From assembly GCA_030390025.1 (NCBI GenBank), contig JASTWF010000350.1, positions 62,001 to 126,000 of the forward strand: a DNA stretch of 64,000 nt, read 5' to 3'. Below, piece by piece: positions 12,501 to 22,956 of this stretch. The translations under genes and the position numbers were made by a program. Below the pieces are notes generated by a model, which was given only the letters and a program-made list of their open reading frames with translations, was not told where the DNA came from and did not search any database. The DNA is from Squalus acanthias (lineage: Eukaryota). How positions within the stretch are numbered: position 1 is the first letter of the stretch; each line of letters opens with the position of its first letter.

Positions 12501-15500
12501 CACTATACCCTGGTCCCTCACACTATACCCTGATCACTCACACTATACCCTGGCCCCTCACACTATACCCTGGCCCCTCACACTATATACCCTGGTCCCT
12601 CACACTATACCCTGGTCCCTCACACTATGCCCTGGTCTCTCACACAATACCCTGGTCTCTCACACTATACCCTGGTCACTCACACTATACCCTGATCCCT
12701 CACACTATACCCTGGTCCCTCACACTATACCCTGATCACTCACACTATACCCTGATCCCTCACACTATACCCTGATCCCTCACACTATACCCTGGTCCCT
12801 CACACTATACCCTGGTCCCTCACACTATACCCTGGTCCCTCACACTGTACCCTGATCACTCACACTATACCCTGATCCCTCACACTATACCCTGATCACT
12901 CACACTATACCCCGGTCCCTCACACTATATCCTGGTCCCTCACACTATACCCTGGTCTCTCACACTATACCCTGGTCCCTCACACTATACCCTGGTGCCT
13001 CACACTAAACCCTGGTCCCTCACACTATACCCTGGTCTCTCACACTATACCCTGGTCCCTCACACTATACCCTGGTCCCTCACACTGTACCCTGGTCCCT
13101 CACACTATACCCTGGTCCCTCACACTATACCCTGGTCCCTCACACTATACCCTGGTCTCTCACACTATACCCTGGTCTCTCACACTATACCCTGGTCCCT
13201 CACACTATACCCTGGTCTCTCACACTATACCCTGGTCCCTCACACTATACCCTGGTCCCTCACACTATACCCTGGTCTCTCACACTGTACCCTGGTCCCT
13301 CACACTATACCCTGGTGCCTCACACTTTACCCTGGTCCCTCACACTAAACCCTGGTCCCTCACACTAAACCCTTGTCTCTCACACTATACCCTTATCCCT
13401 CACACTATACCCTGGTCCCTCACACTATACCCTGGTCCCTCACACTAAACCCTGGTCCCTCACACTATACCCTGGTGCCTCACACTATACCCTGGCCGCT
13501 CACACTATACCCTGGTCCCTCACACTATACCCTGGTCCCTCACACTATACCCTGGTCCCTCACACTATACCCTGGTCCCTCACACTGTACCCTGGTCCCT
13601 CACACTATACCCTGGTCCCTCACACTATACCCTGGTCCCTCACACTATACCCTGGTCCCTCACACTATACCCTGGTCCCTCACACTATACCCTGGTCCCT
13701 CACACTAAACCCTGGTCCCTCACACTATACCCTGGTCCATCACACTATACCCTGGTGCCTCACACTGTACCCTGGTCCCTCACACTAAACCCTGGTCCCT
13801 CACACTATACCCTGATCCCTCACACTATACCCTGGTCCCTCACACTATACCCTGGTCCCTCACACTATACCCTGATCACTCACACTATACCCTGATCACT
13901 CACACTATACCCTGATCCCTCACACTATACCCTGGTCCCTCACACTATACCCTGATCACTCACACTATACCCTGATCCCTCACACTATACCCTGGTCCCT
14001 CACACTATACCCTGATCACTCACACTATACCCTGGTCCCTCACACTATACCCTGATCACTCACACTATACCCTGGCCCCTCACACTATACCCTGGTCCCT
14101 CACACTATACCCTGGTCCCTCACACTATGCCCTGGTCCCTCACACTATACCCTGGTCCCTCACACTATACCCTGATCACTCACACTATACCCTGGTCTCT
14201 CACACTATACCCTGGTCACTCACACTATACCCTGATCCCTCACACTATACCCTGGTCCCTCACACTATACCCTGATCACTCACACTATACCCTGGTCCCT
14301 CACACTGTACCCTGGTCCCTCACACTATACCCTGGTCTCTCACACTATACCCTGGTCTCTCACACTATACCCTGGTCCCTCACACTATACCCTGGTCCCT
14401 CACACTATACCCTGGTCCCTCACACTGTACCCTGGTCCCTCACACTATACCCTGGTCTCTCACACTATACCCTGGTCTCTCACACTATACCCTGGTCTCT
14501 CACACTATACCCTGATCCCTCACACTATACCCTGATCCCTCACACTATACCCTGATCCCTCACACTATACCCTGGTCCCTCACACTATACCCTGGTCTCT
14601 CACACTATACCCTGGTCCCTCACACTATACCCTGGTCCCTCACACTATACCCTGATCCCTCACACTATACCCTGATCACTCACACTATACCCTGATCCCT
14701 CACACTATACCCTGGTCCCTCACACTATACCCTGATCACTCACACTATACCCTGATCCCTCACACTATACCCTGATCACTCACACTATACCCTGATCCCT
14801 CACACTATACCCTGGTCCCTCACACTATACCCTGATCACTCACACTATACCCTGATCCCTCACACTATACCCTGGTCCCTCACACTATACCCTGATCACT
14901 CACACTATACCCTGATCCCTCACACTATACCCTGGTCCCTCACACTATACCCTGATCCCTCACACTATACCCTGGTCCCTCACACTATACCCTGATCACT
15001 CACACTATACCCTGATCCCTCACACTATACCCTGGTCCCTCACACTATACCCTGATCCCTCACACTATACCCTGGTCCCTCACACTATACCCTGATCACT
15101 CACACTATACCCTGATCCCTCACACTATACCCTGGTCCCTCACACTATACCCTGGTCCCTCACACTATACCCTGATCACTCACACTATACCCTGATCACT
15201 CACACTATACCCTGATCCCTCACACTATACCCTGATCCCTCACACTATACCCTGATCCCTCACACTATACCCTGGTCCCTCACACTATACCCTGGTCTCT
15301 CACACTATACCCTGGTCCCTCACACTATACCCTGGTCCCTCACACTATACCCTGATCCCTCACACTATACCCTGGTCCCTCACACTATACCCTGGTCTCT
15401 CACACTATACCCTGGTCCCTCACACTATACCCTGGTCCCTCACACTATACCCTGGTCCCTCACACTATACCCTGATCACTCACACTATACCCTGATCACT

Positions 15501-16613
15501 CACACTATACCCTGATCCCTCACACTATACCCTGGTCCCTCACACTATACCCTGGTCCCTCACACTATACCCTGGTCCCTCACACTGTACCCTGATCACT
15601 CACACTATACCCTGATCCCTCACACTATACCCTGATCACTCACACTATACCCCGGTCCCTCACACTATATCCTGGTCCCTCACACTATACCCTGGTCTCT
15701 CACACTATACCCTGGTCCCTCACACTATACCCTGGTGCCTCACACTAAACCCTGGTCCCTCACACTATACCCTGGTCTCTCACACTATACCCTGGTCCCT
15801 CACACTATACCCTGGTCCCTCACACTATACCCTGGTCCCTCACACTATACCCTGGTCTCTCACACTATACCCTGGTCCCTCACACTATACCCTGGTGCCT
15901 CACACTTTACCCTGGTCCCTCACACTAAACCCTGGTCCCTCACACTAAACCCTTGTCTCTCACACTATACCCTTGTCCCTCACACTATACCCTGGTCCCT
16001 CACACTATACCCTGGTCCCTCACACTAAACCCTGGTCCCTCACACTATACCCTGGTGCCTCACACTATACCCTGGCCGCTCACACTATACCCTGGTCCCT
16101 CACACTATACCCTGGTCCCTCACACTATACCCTGGTCCCTCACACTATACCCTGGTCCCTCACACTGTACCCTGGTCCCTCACACTATACCCTGGTCCCT
16201 CACACTATACCCTGGTCCCTCACACTATACCCTGGTCCCTCACACTATACCCTGGTCCCTCACACTATACCCTGGTCCCTCACACTAAACCCTGGTCCCT
16301 CACACTATACCCTGGTCCATCACACTATACCCTGGTGCCTCACACTGTACCCTGGTCCCTCACACTATACCCTGGTCCCTCACACTATACCCTGGTCCCT
16401 CACACTATACTCTGGTCCCTCACACTATACCCTGGTCCCTCACACTATACCCCGGTCCCTCACACTATACCCTGGTCCCTCACACTATACCTGGTCCCTC
16501 ACACTATACCATGGTGCCTCACACTATACCTGGTCCCTCACACTATACCCTGGTCCCTCACACTATACCCTGGTCGCTCACACTAAACCCTGGTCCCTCA
16601 CACTATACCCTGG
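9530..16613. repeat. 20-bp minisatellite, ~354 units, consensus CACTATACCCTGGTCCCTCA
   Basis: Directly visible tandem periodicity; variants tgatcc/tgatca/tggtct; 2-bp insertion near 12586. Confidence 0.98.
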
Positions 16614-17478
16614 TTCTTTTTTTAAAACTAATTCACGGGATGTGGGGATCTCTGGCAAGACCAATATTTATTGCCGATCCCTAATTTCTCTTGAGAAGGT
16701 GGTCGTGAGCCCCGTTTGGAACCGCTGCTCTCCGTGTGGTGAAGGTTCTCCCACAGTGCTGTTAGGTCGGGAGTGCCAGGATTTTGACCCAGCGACAATG
16801 AAGGAACGGCAATATACTTCCAAGTCAGGATGGTGTGTGACTTGGAGGAGAACTTGAAGGTCGTGATGTTCCCATGCACCTGCTTTTCTTATCCTTGACA
16901 GAGGTCGTTAATTTGGGAGGTGCTGTCGAAGAAACCTTGGCGAGTTGCTGCAGTGCATCTTGTAGATGGTACACACTGCAGCCACGGTACGCCGGTGGAG
17001 GGAGTGAATGTTTAAGGTGGTGGATGGGGTGCCGATCAAGCCGGCTGCTTTGTCCTGTATGGTGTCGAGCATCTTGAGTGTTGTTGGAGCTGCACTCATC
17101 CAGGCAAGTGGAGAGTATTCCATCACACTCCTGTCATGTGCCTTGTAGATGGTGGAAAGTCTTTGTGGAGTCAGGAGGTGAGTCACTTGCTGCAGAATAC
17201 CCTGCCTCTGACCTGCTCTTGTTACCACAGTATTTATGTGGCTGGTCCAGTTAAGTTTCTGGTCAATGGTGACCACCAGGATGTTGATGGTGTGGGATTC
17301 GGCGATGGTAATGCTGTTGAATGTCAAAGGGCGGTGGTTAGGTTCTCTCTAGTTGGAGATGGTCATTGCCTGGGACTTGTGTGGCGTGAATTTTCCATGC
17401 CAATTATCAGCCCAAGCCTGAATGTCGTCCAGGTCTTGATGCATGCAGGAATGGACTGCTTCATTATCTGAGGAGTTA

Positions 17479-18295
17479 TGTAGGGGTGTGGGTTGTTGTA
17501 AGAGTCAGCCTTTCCCCTGACTCAGTGAGTGGTTCGAATCGCTCCCACGCCCCAGGTTCAAAACTTGGACTTATTTAGGGGTTGTGAATAAAGATGCAGT
17601 AGACCACAGGTTCCAATGAAAGAACTATAACTTTTATTAAAGTTAAATGGTAACAAACTTAAACACACTTCACACTTCAACAGGTTTGGGGAGCACACGG
17701 TTACAGGCGAGGAAAATGACAGTATACAAGAAAAATAAAAACCTTTATCCCTCCCAAAAATCCCACTTCTATCTAGGTTTCGGTTTCAGGAGATCAGGGA
17801 TAATGCTCACCAGACAGGGGTATTAACAGTACGAAATCCAGCCAGGTAAGTCGATGGTGATTCTGGTCATCGAACGTCTTCCTTTACCATGTGGCTTCTG
17901 GGCAGTGCTGCGAGAGACCCATGTTCCCAGCGTAGTCGGTCGAGTTGAAAAAAGAAAGAAATCTTGGGTCCTGCGGTAATTATAGTCCTCTTCGCACATC
18001 CCGCACCCCCCCACCACCACAAACTCCTGATGAAAAAAACTGGTTTCGTAATGCAGTGAGTTTTCAGGTGAGGCCTGTTCATTGTCTTGTTGAAATTTTG
18101 ATGGGCTCTGTGTTTTGGGTGGGGCAGCTTTTCCCCAGAGCCTATTGTCCAAATGGTAATGTTTTGCTGGTCTTTGAATTCCCAGACCAGGCACGTGCCG
18201 TACATGTTCAGGCATGTTCCTTTAAATTTCCAAAGTCCTTACTTTTTTTCCTTTCGATATATATTTGGGGATCTGCAAATTTTGAAAATCTTACA
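17479..18295 (-). repeat. 3' LTR of provirus (817 bp)
   Basis: Direct repeat of 21394-22956 minus the MITE, about 15 differences by eye; minus-strand AATAAA near 17635; preceded on the minus strand by purine-rich GCAGGAGGG-AC. Confidence 0.93.
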
Positions 18296-18583
18296 GTCCC
18301 TCCTGCGATACTTCAGTTCACTACAGTATCGTCCTGGGTGGACAAAATTCCTGATCCCCGAAAACCAACCTTCCCCTGTATTACCTAAACTAAAACCCCA
18401 AACATACGTTCCCCTTTAAATGTGGTGTTTTAGGTACATACAGGTAAGAAAATCTTTATTTCACAACCAAGCACGGAGAGGGTCCGACACCCCTGCACTG
18501 CTTGGGAAAACACCTATCTTTATTAAAAAGAACAAAACACAAAAAAACAACAATCTTTATTCAGGAACACGGAATAAAAAAAT

Positions 18584-20580
18584 TCAAACAGGTGTATCTC
18601 TCTCCACCTCAGCATAATGCTTCTTCCAAGTCCTTTCATTTCGGAACTGTAGTATTCTGCCCTTTCCCTTGCACTGAGTGCACACCAGGTACAATACTAT
18701 TCCCAGTTGGCAAACTATGAGGAGGTGGGAAGCCATTCTGACCCATGAAGGGACCTCTATGTTTTCGAAGATGTCCCACCAGGGTGGGACTGTGATACCT
18801 TGAATCTCTCTCTCTATCTCGTGTGTATTCTGTTCTAAAGTGTAGAAATGTTTTTGAGAGAGCTCTACAGCTTTTAGTAACTTGGTAAGGCGTTCTGGTA
18901 GAGGGGGAATTTCGTAGCCAAAATGTGCTACATATTTGTGCAGGTTGGTGAAATTTTGTGTTACAGTGAGGTGAACAGTGGAGGGTTCAGGGATGGGGAC
19001 AATCTGTTCCTGGGCCACTTGAACTTCTGCCTCGGGTTTAAAGCAGAAACTGCTGTCACTTACCGGACACCAGAAGTGTCCATGCTGGTAGTGGGACGCA
19101 CCTGTGGTGACACAATATGTCCACCCCCTATATATGCTACCTGTGGGGAAACATGGCCGTGTGCCATCACCTCCATGGTACAATTGATAGGTCGTGCGCC
19201 AGCAGCTTTAACCCTGCACTGTGGTTTCGAATAGGCGTTCAAGTGCTGGGGACACAGTATTATGTGTGAACCCCGGCTCCAGCACCCGGAGAGGTCATTA
19301 CCTGTCATGGCGTGCTCCCACTTTATGACATAAGGTGGGACCGCTGTAAAACGGATGTGTGCACCCCCTTGAATGACTCCAATGTTCTCCACCCTGTATA
19401 CCGGTATGGGTCGGGCTGTCCCACTCATGACCGGCATCCTCACCACTATCCCCATGATAGTGTGATTGGAACACCCACAATCTACTGGGACAGGGTAGGC
19501 TTCAGAGGCTAGACGAAATTGGCATGGGCTCAGCGAATTACTAAACGGGTGGAGGGCTGTGAGGTGCTTGTTGCTGATCCAGGAGGGGACTAAACCTTGC
19601 TTTAAATCCTCCAGGTTGCTACGGCCCTCGCCCAGCAACCATGCCCCGTACAGCACACACACCTCATTCTGTGCAGCCTGATCCGATGCATTCCTATCCT
19701 CCCGTATGAGTGCATTTACTGTTTTGGCATGCCTTTCCAATTCTGCAATAATTTCCTTTAAATGAACCGTCATAGCTTGGTCCTCATGTAGCTCTGAGCC
19801 TACCACTGTGTTCCCATCCTTCAGGATCTTTCTTAACTGGGTTTTTAAACCATTTATCTGTGTCTGTAATTCCATGTCATCCAGGCTATTTATTACAGAG
19901 GACCCTGTACTATAGGCAGTGAAGACATCATTCCAGGCTCCCCTTCTTTGTCTACCCGTGCCCATAGGGTTCTCAGGGTGTATTCTGTATAGCTCTACTT
20001 TGTCTATATTGGCAAAATCAAATTCGTAAAATTTCCTAAACATTTCCTTTAGCAGGGCCTGGTACAGTTGCTCCGTCTCCTTAGGACACCACTCAGGTAA
20101 GTATACCTCGGTGAGGTTTAATATTACTGAAGCTACTGCATAGTGTACCCCCTGGTATAGTACCTTTTCGGTTGGTACTAGGACCAACCCATTCCCTGGT
20201 CCCTTGGTGGGGGTAGGGCACTTTTCTTCCAGGGTTTTCGGTACCTGGGTCATGGGTAGGGGCTTTCGGGTGTGTGCCACGAGTTCAGTGGCATTAACTG
20301 GGACCGGAATGTGTGGGACCACGCACCCATGCAGGCTAGAATCCCACCCTATCCCCTCCCCGGCATCCTGCCATTGGCTGGAGAAGATGATGGATACCCC
20401 TGTGGGGCAGGCTTCCTCTGATCCCCACATACAAACATAGACTCCCTGTTCCGACTCCCACCACTTATCCCAACAAACACTCACTCCTCCTTGGGTCCCT
20501 GTGATTGTCCGGTGGGTGTCGTTCCCTAATCTTTCCCAGTCGGCTGTATGGTCCCCTGCGTCCCTGCTCAGCTTCTGCCC
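18584..20580 (-). pseudogene. env: Envelope / class I fusion glycoprotein, 5'-truncated, one frameshift near 19120
   Basis: ORFs 19060-20484 and 18584-19183 join at ...VAYIGGG/TYCVTTG; furin site RQRR 19942-19953 followed by GAWNDVFTAYSTGSSVINSL and a heptad repeat; Cys-rich region; second heptad; transmembrane segment WVRMASHLLIVCQLGIVLYLVC; several NxS/T sequons; no ATG or signal peptide in frame. Confidence 0.82.
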
Positions 20581-21391
20581 CTAACTCCACCCCTTCTTCT
20601 TGCCAGACTTCGCTAAAGCTTGGTGCTATGGGTGGTGGTCGTGGGCCCTCCCGCTCCTCAACCGGGTCGTCCCTTGGCACTATCTTTGGTGTCTGAACCG
20701 TTCTCCCCAGGTTCCCTGTAAAGTCGACCTGGGCTGCACTTGGGCTTATGAGGCACGCCACGCCTCTTGCCTTCCTTAGAGCAAGGCTGAGACTCTCTAT
20801 CTGCTTCTGGCAGGGGCCGTGGTCCGCATCCTCAAACCCCTGTGCGCTCATTACCTTATAGGCTGCCTGTAAGCCTTTTACTGTCTCCTCCTGCTCTCTT
20901 ACTTGTTTTGCCAGGCGGGCATTCTTTTCCCGCAACCTCAGCTCATTGTTCTTGGCCTCAGTGACCTGGCACTGTAAGTAATCCTGTCGGGTCTTGTGTT
21001 CCCCCACTAACTGCACCCTTTCCTGGTTTAGCGCCTGCAATGCTAACAGTAACTTCTCCCCTGCTAGGGCCTTCGTTTGGACTTCCAGGGCCGACTCCCG
21101 AATCTCGGCTGCCTGTGCTTCAACGAGTCTGTCCAAAAGTTGGATCTGTTTCTTGAAGCACATCAGCCAGACTGCCTTTTCTAAGGATTTTTTATGATCC
21201 TTCCCTTCTGTCCATTTAGCTGCTGCATCTACCGGGCGCCCAGTTTTTAATAGATTAGTGACCCACTTCTTTTCCATATTCACTTTGCTGAATACATAAT
21301 CTGAAATCCTCTCTTCCATTACAGTTCTCTCTTCTGAATCAGTGTCTACTGCTTCACAACCCTTTTGCCAAGTCCTTGCCACGGTCGCCAT
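20465..21391 (-). CDS. gag: Gag-like N-terminal coiled-coil protein (308 aa), probably truncated by deletion
   Basis: First ORF after the 5' LTR with ATG overlapping the PBS; long heptad-rich region, DHGPCQKQIESL motif, Pro-rich PRPPPIAPSF segment; no capsid or zinc knuckle seen. Confidence 0.65.
   Translation of the reverse strand: MATVARTWQKGCEAVDTDSEERTVMEERISDYVFSKVNMEKKWVTNLLKTGRPVDAAAKWTEGKDHKKSLEKAVWLMCFKKQIQLLDRLVEAQAAEIRESALEVQTKALAGEKLLLALQALNQERVQLVGEHKTRQDYLQCQVTEAKNNELRLREKNARLAKQVREQEETVKGLQAAYKVMSAQGFEDADHGPCQKQIESLSLALRKARGVACLISPSAAQVDFTGNLGRTVQTPKIVPRDDPVEEREGPRPPPIAPSFSEVWQEEGVELGAEAEQGRRGPYSRLGKIRERHPPDNHRDPRRSECLLG
21372..21390 (-). promoter_or_regulatory. Primer binding site, probably tRNA-Arg
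   Basis: TGGCGACCGTGGCAAGGAC begins after a 3-nt spacer following the LTR CA; resembles the complement of a vertebrate tRNA-Arg(TCG) 3' end (recalled, not aligned). Confidence 0.65.
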
Positions 21392-21393
21392 TT

Positions 21394-22956
21394 TGTATGG
21401 GTGTGGGTTATTATAAGAGTCAGCCTTTCCCCTGACTCAGTGAGCGGTTCGAATCGCTCCCACGCCCCAGGTTCAAAACTTGGACTTATTTAGGGGTTGT
21501 GAATAAAGATGCAGTAGACCACAGGTTCCAATGAAAGAACTATAACTTTTATTAAAGTTAAATGGTAACAAACTTAAACACACTTCACACTTGAACAGGT
21601 TTGGGGAGCACACGGTTACAGGCGAGGAAAATGACAGTATACAAGAAAAATAAAAACCTTTATCCCTCCCAAAAATCCCACTTCTATCTAGGTTTCGGTT
21701 TCAGGAGATCAGGGATAATGCTCACCAGACAGGGGTATTAACAGTATGAAATCCAGCCAGGTAAGTCGATGGTGATTCTGGTCATCGAACGTCTTCCTTT
21801 ACCATGTGGCTTCTGGGCAGTGCTGCGAGAGACCCTTGTTCCCAGCATAGTCGGTCGAGTTGAAAAAAGAAAGAAATCTTGGGTCCTGCGGTAATTATAG
21901 TCCTCTTCGCACATCCCGCACCCCCCCACCACCACAAACTCCTCATGAAAATAACTGGTTTCGTAATGCAGTGAGTTTTCAGGTGAGGCCTGTTCATTGT
22001 CTTGTTGAAATTTTCATGGGCTCTGTGTTTTGGGTGGGGCAGCTTTTCCCCAGAGCCTATTGTCCAAATGGTAATGGGCCAAAAATTCATCCCGGGACGC
22101 GAGAGTACGCACTGCGTACTCTCGCGTATTCCCACTCCAATTGCCGGTTTTCTGCATGCCCTGCGCATGCGCTGAAAACCGGCAATTGCTCTTTTGAAAA
22201 GGGGGCGGTTCCTCGATGCATCGCGTGCGCGCTACAGGCTGCGCGCACGCTGTGCACTTCATGCTTTGGACGCGCAGGTAAGTACGGAAGATTTTAGAAA
22301 TGGAAAAAGGAGGAGTAAGACCCACTTTTAAGAAGGTAAGTAGTGAATTAAGTATTTTTTGAATTTTTTTTAACAGGTATATCTTTTTTAGAGACTTTAA
22401 AGACAGGTAAGTTTATTTTTATAACTTTTTAAAAGATTTTAAATTTTTTCAAAAATTTAATTTTTTATTTAAAATGGTTAATTTAATTAACTATACTTAT
22501 TTTATTAATGTGATGGTTTTTAAAAAAAATTTAATTGAGGTTTAGCTGTTATTTTGGGGGGGTGTAAGTTTCATAGATTTCACAGCACGTATGTGAAACT
22601 TATGAATGGAAGATGGTGTGCTGCCATTGGCTCTAACTGAGTCACGTGATCCCACAGCTCGCACGAATTCACTACGCCGGTGGGATACGCAAGCACTGCC
22701 CAGCTGATGTCTGGAACATCAAGTTCGTGCGAGCTGGATCTGAAAAAGCACAAGCGGAGTGAGAGATCGCGGGGAAGCCTTACCCCCGCGGGAACAGAGC
22801 GAGATCAATTTCTGGGCCAATGTTTGCTGGTCTTTGAATTCCCAGACCAGGCACGTGCCGTACATGTTCAGGCATGTTCCTTTAAATTTCCAAAGTCCTT
22901 ATTTTTTTTCCTTTCGATATATGTTTTGGGGATCTGCAAATTTTGAAAATCTTACA
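21394..22956 (-). repeat. 5' LTR of provirus, interrupted by a MITE
   Basis: Matches 17479-18295 once 22076-22818 and the AAT duplication are removed. Confidence 0.93.
22076..22818 (+). mobile_element. Non-autonomous DNA transposon (MITE, PIF/Harbinger-like), 743 bp
   Basis: Imperfect 19-bp terminal inverted repeats (TIRs) GGGCCAAAAATTCATCCCG / CGAGATCAATTTCTGGGCC; AAT TSD confirmed by the empty site in the sister LTR; near-identical copy at 58648-59391. Confidence 0.9.

Larger units (their letters stand above)
17479..22956 (-). mobile_element. Endogenous LTR provirus lacking pol, with gag-like and F-type env-like ORFs (lokiretrovirus-like candidate)
   Basis: Paired LTRs with TG..CA ends, GTTA TSD (17475-17478, 22957-22960), PBS and purine tract adjacent to the LTRs, ~3.1 kb internal region. 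Confidence 0.9.

Noticed and set aside
9438..16857. Many HTIPWSLTLYPGPSHYTLV ORFs
   Set aside because: Artefacts of the 20-bp tandem repeat
17823..18388. ORFs inside the LTR as possible accessory genes
   Set aside because: No recognisable motifs, overlapping on both strands, and not evident in the related solo LTR
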